Below, piece after piece: positions 37,608 through 46,020 of a stretch of 64,000 nucleotides of DNA; within the stretch, counting starts at the first letter, position 1, and each line of letters opens with the position of its first letter. The translations under genes were made by a program, and so were the position numbers. This DNA comes from Rhodospirillaceae bacterium. GTDB taxonomy: Bacteria > Pseudomonadota > Alphaproteobacteria > Rhodospirillales > JABJKH01. The notes below the pieces were generated by a model. The model was not told where the DNA came from. It saw nothing but the letters and a program-made list of their open reading frames with translations, and searched no databases. The stretch spans positions 16,031 to 80,030 of the forward strand of contig JABJKH010000007.1 of assembly GCA_018660465.1 (NCBI GenBank), in the 5' to 3' direction.

Positions 37608-38300
37608 TTAGAGAGGTAGGACGTTCACGCCCAAAACAGTGTTATGACCATATAGAAGCCCGATATACAGCAAGACTGTCAGTAATGTTTGCCAAAGGGG
37701 AATCTCTCGGTTCTCGATACGCGTCCTCCCCTTAAGGATTGCACCTAAGGGAAAAAATGAGGTCTCGGCTTCATAGGCCCGCCAAGCATCGCCTAAGTTT
37801 TGCCTTCGGCGAAGGTCAATGTGATACGCACCAGCAAGGGCCAAGACCGTCATCGTCCCAAACAAAATAAGCTTAGCAACTTCTCCATGCGCCAGAAGAT
37901 GAGCGATTCCCCAAAACGCGATGCCCCACATCACCGGATGGCGGGTGATTTTCAGGACCCCTTTTGGCGAAGGTACGACCGCCTTATCCTCCGTATTAAT
38001 CGCACCTGGATTTTGTGTGGTGTAGCCGCCGACAATAAAAAAACATGCGAATAACATCAATGTCAGCGAGGCATGCTTAAATCCGGTCATTGGAATCCAA
38101 AGCACAACATCTGGCGCATCCTGATAGGCCCACAACATCCATGCAAAAGACATCAGTGAGAAAATAGAATAGCCAATCATGAATGGTGCACGCCCCATTG
38201 CCGAAACGAGTCGGGGTCTGATAGAGCCCGACGACATCACGAAGTGACTGCCAACAAAGAGTATGCTCGCGAGAGCAAGGTGCCAAAGTGATCCGGTCAT
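37608..38300 (-). CDS. NnrU-family membrane protein
   Basis: The 230-aa membrane protein has ITRHPVMWGIAFWGIAHLL, which is typical of NnrU. Confidence 0.72.
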   Translation of the reverse strand: MTGSLWHLALASILFVGSHFVMSSGSIRPRLVSAMGRAPFMIGYSIFSLMSFAWMLWAYQDAPDVVLWIPMTGFKHASLTLMLFACFFIVGGYTTQNPGAINTEDKAVVPSPKGVLKITRHPVMWGIAFWGIAHLLAHGEVAKLILFGTMTVLALAGAYHIDLRRRQNLGDAWRAYEAETSFFPLGAILKGRTRIENREIPLWQTLLTVLLYIGLLYGHNTVLGVNVLPL

Positions 38301-38316
38301 TGGGTTACACTAACCG

Positions 38317-39198
38317 TTATGCGGTCTCTTGCTCAACCGCCTTCACGCGGCCTTCTCGAACAGCGATGTAAATTCCACTGCTGCAAATGACCGCAATTCC
38401 AATCCAAGTCCAAGCATCCGGCATTTCACCGAATACAAAATATCCAAACGCCGTTGCCGACACGATCCCGAAGTACTGAAATGGTGCTATCGTTGATGCA
38501 GGTGCATAGACAAAGGACGCCATCAGCAACCCCTGGCCCAAGATTGCAAAAAATACAAAGTAAAGAATGTTCATGATATCCGGTGCCCTTGGGTCAACCC
38601 AGACGACAGGCACAGCGAACGACAGTAAAACTGCGCCAATCACGACCGAATGGGCAAGCGCAACAACCGGCGGCGAGTCGCCAGCAAGTTTTCGGTTCAA
38701 AAGATAAAAAATACCAATACTGAACCCTCCAACCAGTGCGATTCCATACCCAGCGTTAAACCCATCGATATCGGGCCGCAGAATAATAGATACGCCAAGG
38801 AAGCCGACGATCACTGCCGTCCAGCGCCGAAATCCCACTTTTTCCTGAAGCACGGCCGGCGATAATGCGGTCACAACAAACGGAGCCAAAAAGTAAACAG
38901 CGGTTGTATTCGCCAAGGGTATATATAGCACTGCCCAATAAAAAAGCCCAATTCCAACAACCGCGGAAACGCCCCTAAGAACCTGAATTCCGAACGGCCT
39001 CGGCCACAACATGGCGAACCCGTAGCGCCAAACGATAAACGGCACCAACACCAGATACATTAGGAAAAATTGGGCCCAGATGATTTCCAGTGGCGAATAA
39101 TAGGCCCCAAGAATTTTTGCGAATCCGTCCTTGGTGGGCAAAAACACCATAGACAAGATCATCAACAAAACACCCTGAAAGGGGCGCGAGGAGTTCAT
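38317..39198 (-). CDS. DMT-superfamily (EamA-like) transporter
   Basis: The 293-aa protein has about 10 TM helices in two EamA-like halves. Confidence 0.82.
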   Translation of the reverse strand: MNSSRPFQGVLLMILSMVFLPTKDGFAKILGAYYSPLEIIWAQFFLMYLVLVPFIVWRYGFAMLWPRPFGIQVLRGVSAVVGIGLFYWAVLYIPLANTTAVYFLAPFVVTALSPAVLQEKVGFRRWTAVIVGFLGVSIILRPDIDGFNAGYGIALVGGFSIGIFYLLNRKLAGDSPPVVALAHSVVIGAVLLSFAVPVVWVDPRAPDIMNILYFVFFAILGQGLLMASFVYAPASTIAPFQYFGIVSATAFGYFVFGEMPDAWTWIGIAVICSSGIYIAVREGRVKAVEQETA

Positions 39199-39361
39199 CT
39201 CAGCAATATCCTAATAGAGAAGCGTGATCACTCCTCAAATGAAAGCCATCATAAATTTGAATTTAATTGGGCGATTGGTATAGGGGGAAAGGACGGCGAT
39301 GTCTATGAGAGTTCTAGAAGCGGGAAGACCCAACAGGGCAGGGCGGGAAGCGCGTTCCCGC

Positions 39362-39736
39362 CTAAGCACCTGCCTTTTTCTTCTTCTTTTTGGTCTCGAC
39401 AACTGGCTCTTTCTCAGAAATGGAGCGTACTTCTGTGCGTAACTCCGTCGTCGATTTGCTCAGGTAATCGACTTCGCCATCAAGGGTATCGAGTTTACGA
39501 GTTTGCGAAGACTGGATGACCTTTGAACTTTTGGCTGAATTTGCCAGACGATCCTTCAGAGTTTGAATTTCTGAATCTTGGTTCGCCAAGGCCGTCGCGA
39601 GTTCAAGCTGTAAGCTCTCCACCGTTTCTGTCATCGTCCGCCGGACCTTTTTTACAGATTCGGACGCTGTGATCATCACGAAGATAGAAACCCCTAATGC
39701 CAGCAATGCAATCAAACTTGATAATCCGCTATCCAT
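39362..39736 (-). CDS. Hypothetical N-terminally anchored coiled-coil protein with poly-Lys tail
   Basis: The 124-aa protein has a TM helix (LIALLALGVSIFVMI), a heptad-like helical region and a C-terminal KKKKKK. Confidence 0.5.
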   Translation of the reverse strand: MDSGLSSLIALLALGVSIFVMITASESVKKVRRTMTETVESLQLELATALANQDSEIQTLKDRLANSAKSSKVIQSSQTRKLDTLDGEVDYLSKSTTELRTEVRSISEKEPVVETKKKKKKAGA

Positions 39737-39806
39737 AATTCCCTCCTCTTCATTTCGCTATCGTATCGAATATACAGTCTAAAATACATTTTTTTTCAAT
39801 TCCCAC

Positions 39807-39822
39807 AGTGACGCAGATCACA
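39807..39822. promoter_or_regulatory. CRP-type palindrome AGTGA-N6-TCACA in divergent intergenic region
   Basis: The sequence agtgacgcagatcaca matches the TGTGA-N6-TCACA consensus at 9 of 10 core positions. It lies about 70 bp upstream of the 39736 start and about 275 bp upstream of the 40097 start. Confidence 0.3.
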
Positions 39823-40096
39823 AGAGGATTTTAATATTAACCATACAGGTGAAAAATGAAAGTTTGTCTGCGTCGTCTCCTTCTCCTATCCCGTCAGGTA
39901 ATTAGAATGGGCTCACAAAGATCGCGCGCTCATCACGCGAATTTGAAGCTAGATGATTAGCAGTAAAACAAATTCTCCTCCATCATTTCCAACATGCATT
40001 TGGGGTCACTAGCGAATCTTTTAGGTGTCACGCATACGGAGCAGCCCCAAGATTTTGCAATCGTTTTTAAACCAGACAACGTCGGGAGGCGAACTC

Positions 40097-41401
40097 GTGA
40101 AGTCATTCAAACTAAATCTCATGTCAACAACGCTTGTGCCAGCCATAGTCGGAGCGGGCCTGGCAGTTGGTGGAAGCATGGCCCTTTCCGGCGCCAGCCA
40201 AGCCGCTGGCAATGGTGAACTGCTGCCGGTGGCGAAAGCCCGGACGGGTGCTGTGCAACTTGCTGCTTGTGGCCCGTGTGGCGGAAAGCGGCGTGGCTGT
40301 GGCGGATGCAATCCTTGCGGCGCAAAAAAGCGCGGTTGCGGTGCGTGTAACCCGTGTAGAGCCAAAAAACGAGGATGTGGTGCCTGCAATCCATGCGGTG
40401 CTAAGGCTCGGTGCGGTGGATGCAACCCGTGCGCGGCGAAAAAGCGTGCCTGCAACCCTTGCAACCCCTGTGCGGCAAAAAACCCCTGCGGTGGCTGCAA
40501 TCCGTGTAACCCCTGTGCAGGTGGTGGCGGTGGATCCGTCTCGACTAAATGTTTCATTCCACGTTTGGTGAAAGCGGCTGCGTGTAATCCGTACGCGGCT
40601 AAAAAGCGTGGCTGTGGCGCGTGCAACCCGTGCGGCGCAAAAAAGCGCGGCTGTAATCCGTGCAATCCCTGTGCAGCCACGAAAAAAGGCTGCGGCGCAT
40701 GTAACCCTTGCGCGGCGAAAAAGCGTGGCTGCGGTGCGTGCAATCCATGTGCGGCCAAGAAGCGCGCTTGCAATCCTTGCAACCCGTGCGCAGCGAAGAA
40801 CCCGTGTGCGGCGAAAAACCCGTGTGCGGCGAAAAATCCGTGTGGCGGAGCCAACCCTTGTAATCCCTGTGGTGGCAACCCCTGTGGCGGCAATACCCCG
40901 TTTGTTGAAATTAAGGACAGCGAAGCTACGGCAGCCTACAACTGTCTGAAAGGTGAGATGGCCGCCGTCTATGCCAAGGCCGGCGTAAAAACCGTAAAAG
41001 GCTATCAAAATTGGCCCCTGTTCAATAAGGCGCCTTATATTGCTGATACCCATGGCGGGCGTTTGGTCAATAACTACTCCAATAAAGTCGGCGCGAAAGC
41101 GTATGGCCGATACGAGAAAATTGGCAAAGCACCTGTCGGGACGGTTTTGATGAAAGACAGCTTCGTGGCCAAGCCAGACGGAAAACTGGCGATTGGTCCC
41201 GGCTTCATCATGGAGAAGATGAAGGCGAGCTTCAGCAAGGCCACAATGAACTGGAAGTATTCCATGATCATGCCGAACGGGAGCGTCTTTGGTGTTACCG
41301 GCGGCAAGAACTCTAAAGGCATGACGTTCTGTCACGAATGTCATGGTGCCGCAGAAGACGAAGACGCTCTTCGGTTCTTACCAGAGGAGTATAGAAAGTA
41401 A
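40097..41401 (+). CDS. Exported Cys-rich CNPC-repeat protein fused to a cytochrome P460-family haem domain
   Basis: GGGAGG sits 7 nt upstream of the GTG at 40097, and an alternative ATG lies at 40121. The signal peptide ends ALSGASQA. About 210 residues follow of C-G-A-C-N-P-C-x-A-K-K-R-G type repeats. The C-terminal domain shows HGGRLVNNY, GTVLMKDSF and NWKYSM. A single CHECH haem c site lies at 41330..41344. Confidence 0.8.
   Translation: MKSFKLNLMSTTLVPAIVGAGLAVGGSMALSGASQAAGNGELLPVAKARTGAVQLAACGPCGGKRRGCGGCNPCGAKKRGCGACNPCRAKKRGCGACNPCGAKARCGGCNPCAAKKRACNPCNPCAAKNPCGGCNPCNPCAGGGGGSVSTKCFIPRLVKAAACNPYAAKKRGCGACNPCGAKKRGCNPCNPCAATKKGCGACNPCAAKKRGCGACNPCAAKKRACNPCNPCAAKNPCAAKNPCAAKNPCGGANPCNPCGGNPCGGNTPFVEIKDSEATAAYNCLKGEMAAVYAKAGVKTVKGYQNWPLFNKAPYIADTHGGRLVNNYSNKVGAKAYGRYEKIGKAPVGTVLMKDSFVAKPDGKLAIGPGFIMEKMKASFSKATMNWKYSMIMPNGSVFGVTGGKNSKGMTFCHECHGAAEDEDALRFLPEEYRK
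40262..40893 (+). repeat. In-frame coding tandem-repeat array (about 39-bp units encoding CGACNPCxAKKRG, plus 15-18-bp AAKNPC / CNPCNPC variants) in two super-blocks
   Basis: Read directly from the sequence. The repeated protein units are encoded by differing synonymous codons, for example tgcaatccttgc, tgtaacccgtgt, tgcaatccatgc and tgcaacccgtgc. Confidence 0.9.
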
Positions 41402-41418
41402 ACTTGCACTTTTCGTAG

Positions 41419-41491
41419 GTGACCCGGGGAAGGGAAATAATAGCTCCCCCTGCTATTAGGCCTATTAGGCAAAATGCTCTTCCCCGGTCAC
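41419..41491 (+). other. Nested imperfect inverted repeat between the P460-fusion gene and the cupredoxin gene
   Basis: The outer arms are gtgacccggggaag and cttccccggtcac. An inner hairpin is aatagc...gctatt, and there is a tandem ctattaggc x2. No T-run follows, so this is not a canonical terminator. Confidence 0.35.
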
Positions 41492-41532
41492 AAACGTGAA
41501 ATCCACGCTGATAGGAAAAAGGATTACTAAAC

Positions 41533-41856
41533 ATGAAAAATTTTGGAGCGAGTTTCGTCATACTTGGGGCGGCACTCGTCCTCAGTTCAGGTGCCATGGC
41601 CAAAGAAATCACCATTTCTCAAAAGGGTAAAAAATTTTCCCAACGAAATATTACCATCAGTAGCGGCGACGTTCTTGATCTCGGAAACGACGACCGAGTC
41701 TCCCACAATGTTCTCATTCGAGGCCCGGGCACACGTCTTAATAGCGGCATTCAAAAACCCGGCAAGCCATACAAATATACCTTCGACAAAAACGGTCTTT
41801 TCAAGGTTCGCTGCGGCATTCATCCAAAAATGAAATTAGATGTCACCGTAAAATAG
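41533..41856 (+). CDS. Small periplasmic cupredoxin (amicyanin/pseudoazurin-like type 1 copper protein)
   Basis: The signal peptide is ILGAALVLSSGAMA. The candidate T1Cu ligand set is His in VSHNV plus C-x2-H-x2-M in RCGIHPKM, the same spacing as amicyanin CTPHPFM. Confidence 0.72.
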   Translation: MKNFGASFVILGAALVLSSGAMAKEITISQKGKKFSQRNITISSGDVLDLGNDDRVSHNVLIRGPGTRLNSGIQKPGKPYKYTFDKNGLFKVRCGIHPKMKLDVTVK

Positions 41857-41894
41857 CGTGTCTTATTGCGTTAACCCTTCGATGAGGGCCCCAC

Positions 41895-43550
41895 ATGTCA
41901 ATTAGAATAAAATTATTGATCGGATTCTTGCTCTGCACCGCTGTGACGGCTGCTCTTGGCGGGTACGCTGTCGTGACAATTTCGTCCCTCGGCAATCTAA
42001 CGATGGAAGTCTATGACAAGCCGCTTATGGCAATAAATTATGCCCGGGCTGCTGAGACTAATTTTGCATCCTTAGATAGCCTGCTCATTCGCTTCTCCTC
42101 GGGTGATCAGGGTGAGAAGCTTACGGACGGCATTAAAGAGCAAACAGAAAATTTATCCGAGAATTTAGAAGTTGCTTCTGAGCGGGCGATGAATGAAGAA
42201 AGCGAAATCCTCATCAATGATATTCAAAACCTCGTCACCCAATGGCAAGCATCCGTAGGGGACATTATGGCGGGCAAGAAACCTTCAGCCTCCATAGATC
42301 TTTCTAAGGTTTCATCTACAATTTTAGGGAAGCTGGGGGAACTTGTTGAGATCACCGCGGCTGCAGGATTTGAATTCCGCTTAAAGGCTGAAGAAGAAGT
42401 TGCCAAACGGGGAAGGATCACACTAATCGTTGTCGCTGCGGGTATTGCATTGGGTATCTTGATCGCCCTTTATTTAGCCTTCGTTATCACAGGCCCCTTA
42501 AAACGTGCTGTAAAAACAGCCGAAGCGATCGCCGATGGAAAGCTCGATAATGAGTTCTTGAAAGTCGGCAGGGACGAGACAGGGAAATTACTACGTTCCC
42601 TCGACTCCATGCAGCAGGCTATCTCTATCCGAATTGAAAAGGAAAATGAATTACAAGAACGCGACCGACGCCGCCAAGAGGAACAACAAGAAGTTCTGCA
42701 AAAACAGATTGGCACGCTAGAACAAAAACTTGAAACCGTCATCGAAGGGTCGGTCTCATCCGTTGTCGATAACTCGACCACTTTAAAGGAATTATCAGAT
42801 CAAATGTTGAATGCGGCATCCAGATTGCAGGAACGCGCCGGCATGGCGACCCAAGCGTCTGAAGATACGTCTTCAAACGTCGCCATGGTTACTAACGGAA
42901 CTGAACGGTTAAACGTTTCGTTTGTCGATGTTTCATCGAAGGTTAGAACCTCTACCGAGATTGCCGAGAGCGCGGCCCAGCAATCGAGCGATGCGAATAA
43001 AACAATGGACCGACTCGCTGAGACTGCTGACCAAATCGGTAGCGTCGCACAGTTGATCAAAGGGATCGCCGAACAAACCAACTTGCTGGCCCTGAACGCA
43101 ACGATTGAGGCAGCCCGCGCCGGGGATGCCGGAAAAGGATTTGCCGTCGTTGCGACGGAAGTTAAGAACTTGGCGATTGAAACGGCCAAGGCCACAGAAG
43201 AAATAGAAACCCAGGTTCAGGCCATGCAGTCGGTGACCGCCTCTGCCGTCACCGAGATGCAAAATGTCACAAATACAATTAAACAAATTCGTGATATTGC
43301 CAGTGGTGTTGCGGATTCAGTTGCCGAGCAAACAGCAGAAACAGAACTGATGGTGGAGAATGCAAACAAAGCGGAAGAAGCGAGTAACAAGCTGTCATTA
43401 TCGGTTTCGGATGTTACCACCGATGTGTCCTCTTCAGAAGGAATGGCGACCCGAGTAAATCAAGTTTCTCACTCTGTACTTGAAGAAATATCATCCCTGC
43501 AGCATCGCCTTTCAGAAACTCTGAATGAGGCAAAATCGCAGGTCAACTAA
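41895..43550 (+). CDS. Methyl-accepting chemotaxis protein (4-helix-bundle-type periplasmic sensor, HAMP, signalling domain)
   Basis: The conserved hairpin tip is [31 protein letters not shown]. Two TM helices flank a periplasmic region of about 160 aa. Confidence 0.92.
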   Translation: MSIRIKLLIGFLLCTAVTAALGGYAVVTISSLGNLTMEVYDKPLMAINYARAAETNFASLDSLLIRFSSGDQGEKLTDGIKEQTENLSENLEVASERAMNEESEILINDIQNLVTQWQASVGDIMAGKKPSASIDLSKVSSTILGKLGELVEITAAAGFEFRLKAEEEVAKRGRITLIVVAAGIALGILIALYLAFVITGPLKRAVKTAEAIADGKLDNEFLKVGRDETGKLLRSLDSMQQAISIRIEKENELQERDRRRQEEQQEVLQKQIGTLEQKLETVIEGSVSSVVDNSTTLKELSDQMLNAASRLQERAGMATQASEDTSSNVAMVTNGTERLNVSFVDVSSKVRTSTEIAESAAQQSSDANKTMDRLAETADQIGSVAQLIKGIAEQTNLLALNATIEAARAGDAGKGFAVVATEVKNLAIETAKATEEIETQVQAMQSVTASAVTEMQNVTNTIKQIRDIASGVADSVAEQTAETELMVENANKAEEASNKLSLSVSDVTTDVSSSEGMATRVNQVSHSVLEEISSLQHRLSETLNEAKSQVN

Positions 43551-43553
43551 GAC

Positions 43554-44240
43554 TTACACGTGTAAGGGCTCTGGGCCACCATCACCTAAGAGCTTTCGCG
43601 TCAGATCCATGCTGAAAATATGTTTCATCGCAATATCCATGGTCGGGTTGCGCTTTAAAAGGCTGCGGAGTTCTTCCTTTGGCCAAACAACACACCGGCA
43701 CGGTTGGGCTGCCTGAACTGTTGCGGTCGCGTTACCACCTTGCAGAAATGATATTTCGCCGATCATTGCGCCGTCCCGGGCACGCGCGACTTCCTTGCCA
43801 TCAATTACAATTTTTACTTCGCCGTTATAAAGCAATTTCAAAGATTCAAATTCCTCCCCTTCTTTCGCGATGAAGTTATCTTCGGGGATTTCCTTCCAAC
43901 TGGCGAGCCGCATGAGTTTCATGAATTCAACAGGGGAAAATTCTTGGAAGGTGGTTTCGTAAAGTTCCTTTTCGTCTTCGTTGAAAGAAACACCGCGTTG
44001 TTCCGAATAAAGCTGAACAATCCGTCCGCCATTAATAAACATGAACAACGACACCCAGACAATCGCCAGCCAGAGAGGCCCACCGGGTAAATAATAATTG
44101 TAAAATAATCCTATAAACCCTGAGGCAACCGAAATCGCCCGAAGCATGATCATATCCTTTACGGCATAGGAAACTGCGATCAGGGCAAACGACAGATGAC
44201 CGAAGACATCAACAAGTGTAAAAGTTAGCATTGCGGACAT
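43554..44240 (-). CDS. 3-TM membrane protein with C-terminal cyclic-nucleotide-binding-fold domain
   Basis: The N-terminal ~85 aa are hydrophobic (three helices). A CAP-type barrel follows with IGEISFLQGGNATATVQA, where the cassette Arg is replaced by Asn. Confidence 0.7.
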   Translation of the reverse strand: MSAMLTFTLVDVFGHLSFALIAVSYAVKDMIMLRAISVASGFIGLFYNYYLPGGPLWLAIVWVSLFMFINGGRIVQLYSEQRGVSFNEDEKELYETTFQEFSPVEFMKLMRLASWKEIPEDNFIAKEGEEFESLKLLYNGEVKIVIDGKEVARARDGAMIGEISFLQGGNATATVQAAQPCRCVVWPKEELRSLLKRNPTMDIAMKHIFSMDLTRKLLGDGGPEPLHV

Positions 44241-44368
44241 TCTCCAGGTGTTAAATTATAGTCACCTAAGTTATGGTGATCCTTGGTATTATCTGGCTTC
44301 TAAACATACACGTAAATCATTGTAACTGTAACGGCAATTGGGATGCCTGTTGGCATTTAGAGGGACAA

Positions 44369-45289
44369 ATGGACGTCACACGAAAAGAATTTCTCGGATT
44401 AACCGCAGCCTCTGGGGCCGCACTGATATTGGGCGCTCAGGTAATGGCAGCACCCGCCCCAGTCGCGCAGCGCAAAATTCCTAAAAGCGGTGAAATGCTT
44501 CCCGTAATCGGACTTGGAACAGCTCGAACCTTCGACGTCGAGGGAACGCCCGAAGAACTCGCCCCCCGTAAGGAAGTTTTACGCCGACTTTTTGAGGGAG
44601 GCGGCAGCGTCGTCGATTCGGCCCCCTCTTATGGCGAAGCAGAAAGGATCGTCGGCGAACTTCTGTCTTCGTTAGGCGCGCGGGACAAAGCCTTCATTGC
44701 CACCAAGATCACCACCCGTGGTGACCGTGATGAAGGTATTCAGTCGATGAAGGATTCAGCCACACGGCTAAAAACCGATCACTTCGAACTCATGCAGGTT
44801 CACAACCTTAAAAATTTAAAGACCCATCTGAAGTCGATTCGTGAATTACGAGATTCTGAAAAGACCAAATACGTCGGCGTGACACATTTCAGACCTGGTG
44901 CCTATGACCGCCTGGAAAAGGTTCTAAAATCTGAACCTCTTGATTTCGTTCAGTTGAAATATTCCTTGAGCACCCGTGAGGCGGAGGACCGCCTGCTGCC
45001 GTTGGCCCGGGACAAGGGCCTGGCTGTTTTAATAAACCGGCCCTATGACCTCGGTCGGCTATTTCGAGCCGTTAAAGGAAAATCGCTCCCGCCTTGGGCC
45101 GCTGAATTTGGTGCAGAAAGCTGGGGGCAGTTCTTTCTAAAGTTTATCCTCGGACATGATGCTGTAACCTGCGTTATCCCGGGCACCCGCAAGCCAAAGC
45201 ACATGACTGATAATCTAGGTGCCGGACGTGGTCCATTGCCAAATTCAAAGCAACGCCAACAAATGATTCGTTTTTTAGAAGGGTTGTAA
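44369..45289 (+). CDS. Aldo/keto reductase with Tat-like signal peptide
   Basis: The N-terminus is MDVTRKEFLGLTAASGAALILGAQVMAAPA. The AKR motifs are GLGTARTF and VDSAPSYGEAERIVG. The ATG is at 44369 and the tracked ORF begins at 44273. Confidence 0.83.
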   Translation: MDVTRKEFLGLTAASGAALILGAQVMAAPAPVAQRKIPKSGEMLPVIGLGTARTFDVEGTPEELAPRKEVLRRLFEGGGSVVDSAPSYGEAERIVGELLSSLGARDKAFIATKITTRGDRDEGIQSMKDSATRLKTDHFELMQVHNLKNLKTHLKSIRELRDSEKTKYVGVTHFRPGAYDRLEKVLKSEPLDFVQLKYSLSTREAEDRLLPLARDKGLAVLINRPYDLGRLFRAVKGKSLPPWAAEFGAESWGQFFLKFILGHDAVTCVIPGTRKPKHMTDNLGAGRGPLPNSKQRQQMIRFLEGL

Positions 45290-45373
45290 AAAATAATTCC
45301 AATATTTCTGCCATAGGCGGTCGAACCCGTTCCTCAAAAAATGCTAGTGTCATAAACATTAAAGGAGGCGACC

Positions 45374-46012
45374 ATGTTTGAGTCTGGCATTTTTCATTGG
45401 ATCAACATCATTGGATACATCGCGGGGGTGGTCAGTATCTGGGCCATGTACCGCAAGACTATGATCCCCCTCCGGCTAGGGGCTATTTGCAGTAATATTG
45501 GACTGCTCATTTTTGGGCTGTTATCGGAAAGCTACCCAACGGTATTTCTACACGCCATCTTGCTACCGTTGAATACAGTACGTTTGTTTCAGATGATCCA
45601 ACTGATCGACGACATGAAAAAAGCGTCCGGCACGACCCGAAATGCCATGGCGCCGTTACTTCCCTTTATGACCCTTGAAAAAATGAAAGCGGGCACCGTC
45701 TTATTTGCGAAAGGCGACATTTCAGACAAAATGTATTTTATTCATTCGGGCACCGTCAGCCTGGAAGAATTCGAAGTGGAACAAAGCACGGGCGCAGTCT
45801 TTGGTGAAATTGCCGTTTTCACATCTGATAACAGCCGCACCTGCACCGCCATCTGCATGAACGACTGTGAATTCTACACGTTGGATACCGACACCATGCT
45901 GCAGCTCTATTACCAGAATCCAGACTTCGGTATGTATCTGGTCCGCCTGATGGTTGATCGCCTGATGCAAAATTGGAAAGAAGCGGATAGCCGCGCCAAT
46001 GCGCTAACTTAA
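45374..46012 (+). CDS. 3-TM membrane protein with C-terminal cyclic-nucleotide-binding domain (paralogue of 43554..44240)
   Basis: It has the same architecture. The cassette is FGEIAVFTSDNSRTCTAI, with the Arg retained. Confidence 0.7.
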   Translation: MFESGIFHWINIIGYIAGVVSIWAMYRKTMIPLRLGAICSNIGLLIFGLLSESYPTVFLHAILLPLNTVRLFQMIQLIDDMKKASGTTRNAMAPLLPFMTLEKMKAGTVLFAKGDISDKMYFIHSGTVSLEEFEVEQSTGAVFGEIAVFTSDNSRTCTAICMNDCEFYTLDTDTMLQLYYQNPDFGMYLVRLMVDRLMQNWKEADSRANALT

Positions 46013-46020
46013 TCGCCTCT

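Noticed and set aside
39342-39362. GC hairpin ggcgggaa-gcgcg-ttcccgcc at the 3' end of the 39362..39736 gene as a terminator.
   Set aside because: The stem overlaps the stop codon and no U-tract follows on the transcribed strand. This is not convincing as an intrinsic terminator.
39856-39960. 34-codon + strand ORF (MKVCLRRLLLLSRQVIRMGSQRSRAHHANLKLDD) in the 360-bp intergenic region upstream of the P460-fusion gene, with an AGGTGA-like sequence just upstream.
   Set aside because: The SD spacing is too short, the sequence has no recognisable family and conservation cannot be assessed. It is left as unproven, and ribosome profiling or homology would be needed.
40262-40893. Possibility that the regular repeats are a CRISPR array or a non-coding satellite.
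   Set aside because: The units are in frame (multiples of 3) inside a long ORF. There is no alternation of unique spacers with a constant repeat, and no cas genes lie nearby.
40021-41344. Two long minus-strand ORFs (40021..40893, 290 aa, and 40124..41344, 406 aa) plus several + strand alternative-frame ORFs across the repeat locus.
   Set aside because: They are frame and antisense shadows of the GC-rich coding repeat. Their translations are monotonous (GLQ/AAHGFF, RVARxA). Only the + strand frame from 40097 has a signal peptide, an SD and a recognisable C-terminal haem domain.
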